This document shows, piece after piece, positions 63,830 through 64,000 of a DNA stretch of 64,000 nt; the first letter of the stretch is position 1, and each line of letters starts with the position of its first letter. A program made the position numbers and the translations under genes. Below the pieces are notes generated by a model, which saw nothing but the letters and a program-made list of their open reading frames with translations, made no database searches and had not been told where the DNA came from. Source of the DNA: Geosiphon pyriformis uo1. Taxonomy: Eukaryota > Fungi > Glomeromycota. The stretch spans positions 116,248 through 180,247 of the forward strand of contig JAAOMT010000211.1 in the NCBI GenBank assembly GCA_016748015.1, given 5' to 3'.

Positions 63830-64000
63830 TTTTAAAAATTTTTAATTTATTTTAAGCAAATACACAAAAATAATAATTAGATTATGCAATATATTAAACT
63901 TTGTAATATTTAAAAATTCACCAAAATTTGTAAAAATTCACAAAATAATTTAATAATTTACTAAAATAGTTAATAATTCATAGAAACAATTTGTAATTTA
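63830..64000 (+). repeat. Further partial copy of the LTR-like unit
   Basis: ATACACAA...ATTAGATTATGCAATAT...AAACTTTGTAATATTTAAAAATT...AAAATTTGTAAAAA matches 4785-4920 and the reverse complement of 16130-16250. Confidence 0.65.

Overview
AT-rich, intron-rich eukaryotic draft-assembly DNA, most likely from a Glomeromycotina/Mucoromycota fungus (inferred from gene, intron and transposon style). A central gene island (~17.8-37 kb) holds a NYN/PIN-domain gene, tRNA-Ser(UGA), RPS28, a gap-interrupted secreted aspartic protease, a ~21-exon HIR1/HIRA gene, a convergent uncharacterised gene and an unprocessed RPL23 pseudogene. The flanks are nested transposon graveyards. They contain three readable but inactivated RNase H-type LINEs (ORF1 with RRM-like and zinc-knuckle motifs, ORF2 APE-RT-RNase H-CCHC), a fourth very decayed copy, Ty3/gypsy relics and LTR-like repeats, an internally deleted hAT element and a Sel1-repeat pseudogene. 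Main findings: (i) repeat-restricted C>T/G>A decay that includes non-CpG sites and leaves reading frames largely intact (RIP-like); (ii) a decayed ORF1-only element sharing the LINE 3' UTR (HAL1-like non-autonomous partner); (iii) a conserved AUGA stop/start overlap and 5' hairpin in the LINEs; (iv) an extra ORF 3' of the gypsy integrase; (v) an 874-bp 'duplication' that is an assembly artefact joined by a Nextera/Tn5 adapter. All alignments and ancestral reconstructions were done by eye.
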